From an uncultured Actinomycetota bacterium (GTDB taxonomy: Bacteria > Actinomycetota > Actinomycetes > Propionibacteriales > Nocardioidaceae), in contig CAWAZF010000003.1 of assembly GCA_963786595.1 (NCBI GenBank), forward strand, positions 351 through 64,350: a DNA stretch of 64,000 nucleotides. Direction: 5' to 3'. Both the position numbers and the translations under genes were made by a program. This document shows positions 56,329 to 64,000 of the stretch, one piece after another (position 1 is the first letter of the stretch; the number at the start of each line of letters is the position of its first letter). The notes under the pieces are model-generated. The model worked only from the letters and a program-made list of their open reading frames with translations, did not search any database and had not been told where the DNA came from.

Positions 56329-57450
56329 TCAGCACTCCTCGTGGGTGCGGCAGTACTCGCGTGCCTTCTCGGCGGCGCGCTCGTGGTCGGCGAGGTTGTC
56401 GCTGAACACGGTGGTGCCCTTCTCGAAGTCCGGCACGAAGTACAGCCAGTCGCCGTCGGCCGGGTTGAGGGCGGCCTCGATCGTCTGCGCGCCCGGCGAG
56501 CCGATGGGCCCGGGCGGGAGGCCGGTGTGCTTGTAGGTGTTGTACTCCGACTCGCTGGCGCGTTCCTCCGGAGTGGTCCAGACATCGCCCTTCCGATTGC
56601 TGATGTAGGAGACGGTCGAGTCGAGCTGCAGGGCGATGTTCTGGTTGAGACGGTTGTAGATGACGCGTGCGACCTTGGGATAGTCCTCGCCGCGATTGGC
56701 CTCGTACTCGAGGATGCTCGCGACCGTGAGGACCTGCTCCTTGGAGAGATTGACCGCTCGCGCGCGCTCGTCGATGTTCAGCTCCTTCTCGACGTCCAAT
56801 GTCTTGGAGACCATCTGCCGCAGCAGGTCGCGCGCCGACGTGCCCGGCTCGACGGTGTACGTGGCCGGGAACAGGTAACCCTCCGGGTTGCCGTTCGCCC
56901 CGGACGGCAGGCCGAGCTGGGCGGGCTTGTCGAGCACGGCCGTGACGTCCTTGGCCTTGATCTCGGACCCGGCCGCGATGGCCTGGACGATCTGACCGAC
57001 TCGCGCGCCCTCCGGCACGACGACCCGGCCCTGCACGCGGTTGTCCTTGTCGAGCATGGCGTCGAGGGCGGACTTGGCCGACATCTGCTTGCGCAGCTGG
57101 TAGAAGCCGGGCTGGATCGTCTGGGCGCGAGCGTCGTCCAGGGACACCTGGTAGAACGCCTCGGAGCTCTTGACGACGTCCTTCGACGCCAGCTCGTCGG
57201 CGATCTGCCGGCCGTTCGCACCGGCGGGCACCTCGATGACGACCTTGCCGGTGCCCTGACCGGAGTAGTCGTCGGGGCCGTTCACGACGTCCCACGCCTT
57301 GAACATCCCGAACGCCAGGGCCCCCAGTACGAGCAGCAGCACGACGGTGCGGATCAGCCGGCTGCCGCGGGACGGGCCACGCGATGCGCGCCGGCCGCCC
57401 GGCCGGGTGCGACCGCTGCCGGAGACCATGTCGATTCCGCTGTGGCTCAT
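56329..57450 (-). CDS. mltG: Endolytic transglycosylase MltG
   Basis: TM helix, EGYLFPATY, ASILEYE, NRL..LQLDST, YNTY..GLPPGPI. Confidence 0.93.
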   Translation of the reverse strand: MSHSGIDMVSGSGRTRPGGRRASRGPSRGSRLIRTVVLLLVLGALAFGMFKAWDVVNGPDDYSGQGTGKVVIEVPAGANGRQIADELASKDVVKSSEAFYQVSLDDARAQTIQPGFYQLRKQMSAKSALDAMLDKDNRVQGRVVVPEGARVGQIVQAIAAGSEIKAKDVTAVLDKPAQLGLPSGANGNPEGYLFPATYTVEPGTSARDLLRQMVSKTLDVEKELNIDERARAVNLSKEQVLTVASILEYEANRGEDYPKVARVIYNRLNQNIALQLDSTVSYISNRKGDVWTTPEERASESEYNTYKHTGLPPGPIGSPGAQTIEAALNPADGDWLYFVPDFEKGTTVFSDNLADHERAAEKAREYCRTHEEC

Positions 57451-57457
57451 CGTGTCC

Positions 57458-57904
57458 TCACCAGATCTCGCCCGGGGCGGTCCCGCGCGTGCGCTCGGCG
57501 TCGAGGGCTGCTTGGAGGATCACCGTGGCCGCGGCCTGGTCGATGATCGCGCGCTTGCCGGCGCCGGACCGTCCGCTCTCCCGCAGCAGACCGTCAGCAG
57601 TCATCGTAGACATGCGTTCGTCGACGAGCCGAACAGGCACAGGGGCGATCGAGTCGCGCAGGCCGGTCGCGAAGTCGCGCACCTTGACGGCCGCGGGACC
57701 CTCACGGCCCGACAGCGACAGCGGGAGTCCGACCACGCATTCCAGGGCCTCGTGCTCGGCGACGATCGCGGCGATCCGGGCGAAGGCGTCCGGGCCTGCG
57801 GCAACGGTCTCCAGCGGCGTCGCGAGCATGCCGTCGGGGTCGCTCACGGCGACCCCGATGCGGACGTCACCCACGTCGACACCGACCCGGCGACCGTGCC
57901 TCAT
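57458..57904 (-). CDS. ruvX: YqgF/RuvX-family nuclease
   Basis: GVDVGDVRIGVAVSD, VVGLP, DERMST, IDQAAA..ILQ. Confidence 0.94.
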   Translation of the reverse strand: MRHGRRVGVDVGDVRIGVAVSDPDGMLATPLETVAAGPDAFARIAAIVAEHEALECVVGLPLSLSGREGPAAVKVRDFATGLRDSIAPVPVRLVDERMSTMTADGLLRESGRSGAGKRAIIDQAAATVILQAALDAERTRGTAPGEIW

Positions 57905-57938
57905 CTGCCGCCCACGGCCCGGCACCCCCGCCGGGGAC

Positions 57939-60602
57939 TCACGTCGACCTCGCGAGTCGCGCCTGCACGGCCGTGAGCGCTGCCTCGATGCCCCCGAGGT
58001 CCGTGCCCCCACCTTGGGCGACGTCGGCCTTCCCGCCGCCGCGCCCACCGATGTGTTCCGCGATGACGCCGATGAGCTCGTTCGCGGCGAGGCCTCGTTC
58101 CTGTGCCGCGTCGTTCACGGCCACCACCGCGGAAGGCTTGCCGTCACCCGTGCCGATGACGACCACCACGGCCGGGCGGCCCTGCAGACGTCCGCGGACA
58201 TCGAGCGCGATGGAGCGGGCGTCACCGGCGCCGGCACCGTCAGCCCGGTGCCCCACGAAGGCGACGCCGTCGACATCGACGGCCTGGTCGGCGAGGTCGG
58301 CGGACGCGCCGACGAGCTCGGCCGACCGGAGCCGCTCCAGCTCCTTCTCGGCCGCGCGGAGGCGATCGACGAGCTTCTGGACCTGGGCCGGCACGTCGGT
58401 GGGGCTCGCCTTCAGCATCGTGCTGAGCTGCTGCACGAGGTCACGCTCGCGCGCGAGGTACTGGAATCCCTCCAGCCCGACCACGGCCTCGACGCGGCGG
58501 TTGCCCGCCCCCACCGAGCTGTCGGACGTGAGGACGACGGTGCCGATCTGCGACGAGCGCTCGACGTGCGTGCCGCCGCAGAGCTCACGCGACCACGGGC
58601 CGCCGATCTCGACGACGCGGACGTCCTCGCCGTACGTCTCGCCGAACAGGGCCAGGGCGCCGATCTCCTTGGCGCGGTCGAGGGACATGACGTCGGCCGA
58701 AACGGGCAGGTCCTCGCGCAACGCGCGGTTGGACACCGCCTCGACGTCGTGGAACTGCTCCCGCGACAGGCTTCCCGTCCATCCGAAGTCGAGCCGCAGG
58801 TATCCGGGACGGTTGTACGAGCCCGACTGCAGCGCAGTGGGGCCGAGCACCTCGCGCAACGCGGCGTGCACGACGTGGGTCCCAGAGTGCGCCTGGCGGG
58901 CGCCGAGGCGCCACTCCGGGTCGACCTGGGCCTCCACCGTCGTGTCGAGCACGAGCTCACCCTCGAGCACGCGGACCTGGTGCACGACGAGGCCACGCAC
59001 CGGGCGCTGGACGTCGAGCACCTCGGCGCGACCCCCATCCCAGCTCATCGTGCCGGCGTCGGCGTTCTGACCGCCCGACTCGGCGTAGAACGGCGTGCGG
59101 TCGAGCACGACCTCGCCGATGCTGCCGGCGGAGAGCGCCGGCGCCGTCGCGCCCTCGGTGAGCAGCGCCAGTACGCGGGACTCGGTGGCCAAGGTCGTGT
59201 AGGCCTGCCAGTCGGTGGGTCCGTGGGCGTCAAGCGTCGCGCGGTAGACGGTGGTGTCGGCGTGGTGCCCCTTCTTGGACCTGGCGTCGGCCTTGGCCCG
59301 CGCGCGCTGCTCGGCCATGAGCGCGCGGAATCCGTCCTCGTCGACGCTGAGACCCTGCTCGGAGGCCATCTCCAGGGTCAGGTCGATCGGGAAGCCGTAC
59401 GTGTCGTGCAGGGCGAAGGCCTGCTCGCCCGACAGCTGGGTGCCGCCCTGCTGCTGGGTGGTCGCGGCGGCGACGTCGAAGATCTGCGTGCCCTTGTCGA
59501 GAGTCTGGCGGAACGCCTCCTCCTCGGCATACGCGATCTGCGAGATGCGGGCGAAGTCGCGCTCCAACTCCGGATAGGACGCCTTCATGCGGCCGAGGCT
59601 CACCGGCAGCAGCTCCGGCAGGGCGGGGTCGTCGTAGCCGAGCAGCCGCATCGAGCGGACGGCACGTCGTAGCAGCCGCCGCAGCACGTAGCCGCGTGCC
59701 TCGTTGCCCGGGGTGACGCCGTCTCCGATCAGCATCAGCCCACTGCGGACGTGGTCCGCGATGACGCGGAACCGCACGTCGTCATCGTGGTCGGCGCCGT
59801 ACTGCCGACCGCTGAGCTCGGACGCCCTCTCGATGACCGGGAAGATCTCGTCGATCTCGTACATGTTGCTCTTGTCCTGCAACAGGTAGGCGACGCGCTC
59901 GAGACCCATGCCGGTGTCGATGTTCTTGTTGGGCAGTGGGCCAACGACGTCGAAGTCGTCCTTGGCCCGGACGTTGGTGATCTCCTCCTGCATGAACACG
60001 AGGTTCCAGATCTCCAGGAACCGGTCCTCGTCGACGATCGGGCCGCCGTCGGGCCCGAACTCCGCGCCGCGATCGACGTAGATCTCGCTGCACGGGCCGC
60101 CGGGGCCGGGCACGCCCATGTGCCAGTAGTTGTCGAGCAGGCCGCGCTCCTGGATGCGCTCGTCGGGCAGGCCGATGACGTCCTTCCAGATCTGCCGCGC
60201 CTCGTCGTCGCCCTCGAGCACGGTGACCCAGATCGAGTCCGGCTCGAAGCCGTAGCCGCCGTCATCGAGCGACCCCGTGACCAGGTTCCACGCGTGCTCG
60301 ATGGCACCTTCCTTGAAGTAGTCGCCGAAGGAGAAGTTGCCGTTCATCTGGAAGAACGTGCCGTGTCGCGTGGTCTTGCCGACCTCTTCGATGTCGAGGG
60401 TGCGGACGCACTTCTGCACGCTCACCGCTCGGTCGAACGGCGGCGTCTCCTGCTGCAGGAAGTAGGGCTTGAACGGCACCATGCCGGCGTTGACGAACAG
60501 CAGGTTCGGGTCGTCGAACAGCAACGGGGCCGACGGCACCACCGTGTGACCGGCGTTCTCGAAGTGCGCGAGGAAGCGTCGGCGGATCTCCGCGGTCTCC
60601 AT
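57939..60602 (-). CDS. alaS: Alanine--tRNA ligase
   Basis: NAGMVPFK, QKCVR, RHGTFFQM, IDTGMGLER, HSGTH...ELCGGTH editing domain. Confidence 0.98.
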   Translation of the reverse strand: METAEIRRRFLAHFENAGHTVVPSAPLLFDDPNLLFVNAGMVPFKPYFLQQETPPFDRAVSVQKCVRTLDIEEVGKTTRHGTFFQMNGNFSFGDYFKEGAIEHAWNLVTGSLDDGGYGFEPDSIWVTVLEGDDEARQIWKDVIGLPDERIQERGLLDNYWHMGVPGPGGPCSEIYVDRGAEFGPDGGPIVDEDRFLEIWNLVFMQEEITNVRAKDDFDVVGPLPNKNIDTGMGLERVAYLLQDKSNMYEIDEIFPVIERASELSGRQYGADHDDDVRFRVIADHVRSGLMLIGDGVTPGNEARGYVLRRLLRRAVRSMRLLGYDDPALPELLPVSLGRMKASYPELERDFARISQIAYAEEEAFRQTLDKGTQIFDVAAATTQQQGGTQLSGEQAFALHDTYGFPIDLTLEMASEQGLSVDEDGFRALMAEQRARAKADARSKKGHHADTTVYRATLDAHGPTDWQAYTTLATESRVLALLTEGATAPALSAGSIGEVVLDRTPFYAESGGQNADAGTMSWDGGRAEVLDVQRPVRGLVVHQVRVLEGELVLDTTVEAQVDPEWRLGARQAHSGTHVVHAALREVLGPTALQSGSYNRPGYLRLDFGWTGSLSREQFHDVEAVSNRALREDLPVSADVMSLDRAKEIGALALFGETYGEDVRVVEIGGPWSRELCGGTHVERSSQIGTVVLTSDSSVGAGNRRVEAVVGLEGFQYLARERDLVQQLSTMLKASPTDVPAQVQKLVDRLRAAEKELERLRSAELVGASADLADQAVDVDGVAFVGHRADGAGAGDARSIALDVRGRLQGRPAVVVVIGTGDGKPSAVVAVNDAAQERGLAANELIGVIAEHIGGRGGGKADVAQGGGTDLGGIEAALTAVQARLARST

Positions 60603-60865
60603 CAGGGGGCGTCGCTCTCGCTCGGGAGCATGGGGGCGACAGGCGAGCGCAGTTGGTCGGTCTCGAGCCGAAGGGCCACCTCGTGCTCGTGCAGGGTCAT
60701 GCCGTCGCGCAGCTCGCCGGCGAATGCACGCCACCCGAGCCCGGCGGCGGCGGCCTGATCGACCAGGCCCGGCATCGACAGCCGGTAAGCCGCCCGGCGT
60801 GCCTTGGTGGTGGCGTAGACGCCGGCCGCGGTGCCGGCGACGAACCACAGCGTGCGGCCCCTCAT
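60602..60865 (-). CDS. DUF6167-like small membrane protein
   Basis: RTLWFVAGTAAGVY N-terminus; usual position directly upstream of alaS. Confidence 0.75.
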   Translation of the reverse strand: MRGRTLWFVAGTAAGVYATTKARRAAYRLSMPGLVDQAAAAGLGWRAFAGELRDGMTLHEHEVALRLETDQLRSPVAPMLPSESDAP

Positions 60866-61383
60866 GACTCCACCTGGGTGGACGAGTGCGGACGTGAGGG
60901 GACCTCGCCGATCCACGACTCCGTCATCCAGTCGTCGGCGGAGGTCGGACGCGCCGCTCGAACCGCGCGACGGCCGGCCGCCAGTCGTTCGCGGCGACGC
61001 CGGCGGTACTCGCGCCGCATCAGCGCGGTGATGCGGTCGCGGCTCTCCGGCCGGAGCGCATAGGTGAGTCCGTGGAGGACGATCGCGAGACGTACGTGCG
61101 GGCGGCTGAGCGCGGCGCCCACGACCTGCTGGCCCGTGGGTGGCACGATGACGCGGCCGTCGATTCGGCGAGGCGCGAGCAGGCGATCGTCGTCGGCTTC
61201 GAAGGGCACCAGCACGGTGGTCTGCGGAGGACGTTCGGGCGCCACCGCAGGCGGCCGAGGTGCGGTCTCCGGTGGCTCGGCTTGCGCGGTGCGACGCGCC
61301 GCTCGGACCGCCACGACGGCGGCCACGACGGCCATCACCGCGAGCAGAGCGGTCACGGACAGCAGCACGACGTCGGTGGGCAC
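60862..61383 (-). CDS. Hypothetical single-TM protein (173 aa)
   Basis: Hydrophobic N-terminus, Pro-rich linker, Arg-rich helix; TAACCT 7 nt before GTG 61383; stop overlaps the next ATG. Confidence 0.65.
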   Translation of the reverse strand: MPTDVVLLSVTALLAVMAVVAAVVAVRAARRTAQAEPPETAPRPPAVAPERPPQTTVLVPFEADDDRLLAPRRIDGRVIVPPTGQQVVGAALSRPHVRLAIVLHGLTYALRPESRDRITALMRREYRRRRRERLAAGRRAVRAARPTSADDWMTESWIGEVPSRPHSSTQVES

Positions 61384-61393
61384 GGGTACGAGG

Positions 61394-62800
61394 TTACTCG
61401 TCGCGCTCGGCAGGTCCATCGGGACTTGGCTCCCCACCGGGACGGTCGCGGAGGATCGCCCGGATGCGCTCGAGCCGCTCGGCGATCGCGGCCTCGGCGC
61501 CGTGCTCGCTGGGCTCGTAGTAGGTGACACCGTCGACGTCGTCGGGCGCGTACTGCTGACCGACGACGCCGCGCGGGTCGCTGTGCGCGTAAAGGTAGTC
61601 GTGACCGTGCCCGAGCTTCTTCGCTCCGGCGTAGTGGGCGTCGCGGAGTGCTGGTGGCACCGCACCGATCTTGCCGGCCTGCACGTCGGCCTGCGCGGCG
61701 TCCATGGCCCGGATGACCGCGTTCGACTTGGGCGCGGTTGCGAGCGCGATGACGGCCTGGGCGAGGGTGAGGCGCGCCTCGGGGAAGCCGATGAGCGCCA
61801 CGGCCTGCGCGGCGGCCACCGCCGTCGTGAGGGCGGTGGGATCGGCCAGGCCGATGTCCTCGCTCGCCAGGATCATCAGGCGGCGGGCGATGAAGCGCGG
61901 GTCCTCCCCCGCCTCGATCATCCGGGCCAGGTAGTGCAGCGAGGCGTCGACGTCGGAGCCGCGGATGGACTTGATGAACGCGCTGATGACGTCGTAGTGC
62001 TGGTCTCCCTGCCGGTCGTAGCGCACGGCAGCTCGGTCGACGGCGAGTGCGGCGTCCTCGACCGTCACCTCCGCGCGGCCCTGCGCTGTGGCGGCTCCGG
62101 CCGCGGCCTCGAGGTAGGTGAGCACCCGTCGTCCGTCTCCCCCGGCCAGCCTGATCAGGTGCTCCTTGGCCTCGTCGGTGAGGGTGACCGAGCCGCCGAG
62201 GCCGCGCTCCTCGGTGAGGGCACGATCGAGCAACACGGCCACGTCGTCGTCGGAGAGCGAGCCGAGCGTGAGGAGCAGGGATCGGCTGAGGAGCGGCGAG
62301 ATGACGCTGAAGTGCGGGTTCTCGGTGGTAGCGCCGACGAGCGAGACCCAGCGGTTCTCGACACCGGGCAACAGCGCGTCTTGCTGGGTCTTGCTGAACC
62401 GGTGCACCTCGTCGACGAACAGCACGGTCTCCGCACCGCTGTTGGCGAGCGCCCGCCGTGCGCCGGCGATGACCTCGCGCACCTCCTTGACGCCGGCCGA
62501 GACGGCGGAGATCTCGACGAAGCGGCGGTTGGTGTGCCGGCTGATCAGCGAGGCGATGGTGGTCTTGCCGGTGCCCGGCGGACCCCACAACAACAGCGTG
62601 AGCGGCTGGTCGCCGTCGATGACCTGGCGCAACGGTGACCCCGCCGCCAGCAGATGCTCCTGGCCGACGAGCTCGTCGAGCGTGCGCGGCCGCATGCGCA
62701 CGGCGAGCGGTGCAGAGGCGTGATCGCTGCCGTCGAGACTGCCTCCGCCGGGCACGGGCACGGGAGCGTCCGGCAGGTCGAAGAGCCCGTCAGTACCCAT
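61394..62800 (-). CDS. rarA: Replication-associated recombination protein A (MgsA/RarA)
   Basis: [47 protein letters not shown]. Confidence 0.96.
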   Translation of the reverse strand: MGTDGLFDLPDAPVPVPGGGSLDGSDHASAPLAVRMRPRTLDELVGQEHLLAAGSPLRQVIDGDQPLTLLLWGPPGTGKTTIASLISRHTNRRFVEISAVSAGVKEVREVIAGARRALANSGAETVLFVDEVHRFSKTQQDALLPGVENRWVSLVGATTENPHFSVISPLLSRSLLLTLGSLSDDDVAVLLDRALTEERGLGGSVTLTDEAKEHLIRLAGGDGRRVLTYLEAAAGAATAQGRAEVTVEDAALAVDRAAVRYDRQGDQHYDVISAFIKSIRGSDVDASLHYLARMIEAGEDPRFIARRLMILASEDIGLADPTALTTAVAAAQAVALIGFPEARLTLAQAVIALATAPKSNAVIRAMDAAQADVQAGKIGAVPPALRDAHYAGAKKLGHGHDYLYAHSDPRGVVGQQYAPDDVDGVTYYEPSEHGAEAAIAERLERIRAILRDRPGGEPSPDGPAERDE

Positions 62801-62838
62801 GAGACGAACCCTGTCGCCCGGTAGCCATGCGATCGACC

Positions 62839-64000
62839 CTAGTCGTCGGTGGGGACGGGCTGTGTCTCCGAAGTCTGGGGCTTCGCGTCGACGCCGGCCT
62901 CCTTGCGCTGCTCCGCGGTGATCGGGGCGGGTGCGGCGGTCAGCGGGTCGTAGCCGCCGCCGGACTTCGGGAAGGCGATGACGTCACGGATGGAGTCGGC
63001 GCCGCTCAGCAGGGCACAGATGCGGTCCCAGCCGAAGGCGATGCCTCCGTGCGGCGGGGCGCCGTACTTGAAGGCGTCGAGCAGGAAGCCGAACTTCTCC
63101 TGCGCCTCCTCCTCGCCCAGACCCATGATCGCGAACACCCGCTTCTGGACGTCCTCGCGGTGGATACGGATCGAGCCGCCGCCGATCTCGTTGCCGTTGC
63201 AGACGATGTCGTAGGCCCAGGCCAGCGCGTTGCCGGGATCGGCGTCGAACGTGTCGAGGTCCTTGGGCGACGTGAACGCGTGATGCACGGCGGTCCAGGA
63301 ACCGGAGCCGACCGCCACGTCACCGGCGGCCGTCGCCTCGGCGGCCGGCTCGAACAGCGGGGCGTCGACGATCCACACGAAGCTCCAGGCGGACTCGTCG
63401 ATGAGGTCGCCACGACGGCCGATCTCGAGCCGGGCGGCGCCGAGCAGTGCCCGCGTCGTCTTGACCGGGCCGGCGCCGAAGAAGACGCAGTCGCCGGGCT
63501 GGGCGCCGACGTGGGCGGCCAGGCCGGCGCGCTCGTCGTCGGTGAGGTTCTTGGCGACCGGTCCGCCCAGCTCGCCGTCCTCCTGCACGAGGACGTAGGC
63601 GAGCCCCTTGGCACCACGCTGCTTGGCCCAGTCCTGCCACGCGTCGAGCTGGCGACGCGGTTGCGACGCGCCACCGGGCATGACCACGGCGCCGACGTAG
63701 GGCGCCTGAAACACCCGGAAAGGCGTGTGGGCGAAGTACTCGGTGCACTCGACGAGCTCTTGACCCATCCGCAAGTCGGGCTTGTCGGTGCCGAAGCGCC
63801 GCATTGCCTCCGCATAGGTCATTCGCGGGAAGGGAGCCGGGACATCGACGTCGATGAGCCGCCACAACGCCGCGATGATCTCCTCGGAGAGCTCGAGTAC
63901 GTCGTCCTGCTCCACGAAGCTCATCTCGACGTCGAGCTGGGTGAACTCCGGCTGGCGGTCGGCGCGAAAGTCCTCGTCGCGGTAGCAGCGCGCGATCTGG
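62839..64000 (-). CDS. aspS: Aspartate--tRNA ligase, C-terminal part (5' end outside window)
   Basis: [42 protein letters not shown]. Confidence 0.97.
   Translation of the reverse strand, partial: QIARCYRDEDFRADRQPEFTQLDVEMSFVEQDDVLELSEEIIAALWRLIDVDVPAPFPRMTYAEAMRRFGTDKPDLRMGQELVECTEYFAHTPFRVFQAPYVGAVVMPGGASQPRRQLDAWQDWAKQRGAKGLAYVLVQEDGELGGPVAKNLTDDERAGLAAHVGAQPGDCVFFGAGPVKTTRALLGAARLEIGRRGDLIDESAWSFVWIVDAPLFEPAAEATAAGDVAVGSGSWTAVHHAFTSPKDLDTFDADPGNALAWAYDIVCNGNEIGGGSIRIHREDVQKRVFAIMGLGEEEAQEKFGFLLDAFKYGAPPHGGIAFGWDRICALLSGADSIRDVIAFPKSGGGYDPLTAAPAPITAEQRKEAGVDAKPQTSETQPVPTDD

Overview
High-GC actinobacterial core-genome segment. The 16S sequence, the 23S domain III insertion and the gene order point to Nocardioidaceae, possibly Aeromicrobium (genus is my inference). 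Almost everything is on the minus strand, co-directional with an rRNA operon whose 16S and the 5' part of its 23S occupy 1-4260. In transcription order the minus strand carries aspS(partial)-rarA-hyp-DUF6167-alaS-ruvX-mltG-aroE-A24 peptidase-aroC-aroK-aroB-pepQ-efp-nusB; pyrR-pyrB-pyrC-carA-carB-pyrF-lipoprotein-mihF-gmk-rpoZ-coaBC-metK-priA-fmt-rsmB-rpe; FMN riboswitch-ribD-ribE-ribBA-ribH; hisE-hisG-PH-SseB; infC-rpmI-rplT-trmH-PAS kinase-pheS-pheT; argG-argC-argJ-argB-argD-argF-argR-argH-mpg-tyrS-rrn. Plus-strand accessory genes are DUF2207-lemA-TfoX_N, DUF2867 and a class F sortase. I found no IS, prophage, CRISPR array or tRNA. The most unusual signals are small. (1) A 32-bp tandem repeat between argC and argJ encodes two identical 11-aa mini-ORFs chained by GTGA stop/start overlaps (MIRU-like). 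(2) A related palindrome is translated in frame as an N-terminal extension of RibBA. (3) argG carries a +1 frameshift. (4) Sharply bounded in-frame A/T-rich codon patches occur in coaBC and around pyrF-mihF-gmk. (5) infC starts at ATC behind a structured leader. I cannot claim a confirmed novel multi-gene system; the repeat-based coupling elements and the recoded patches are the best candidates to follow up.
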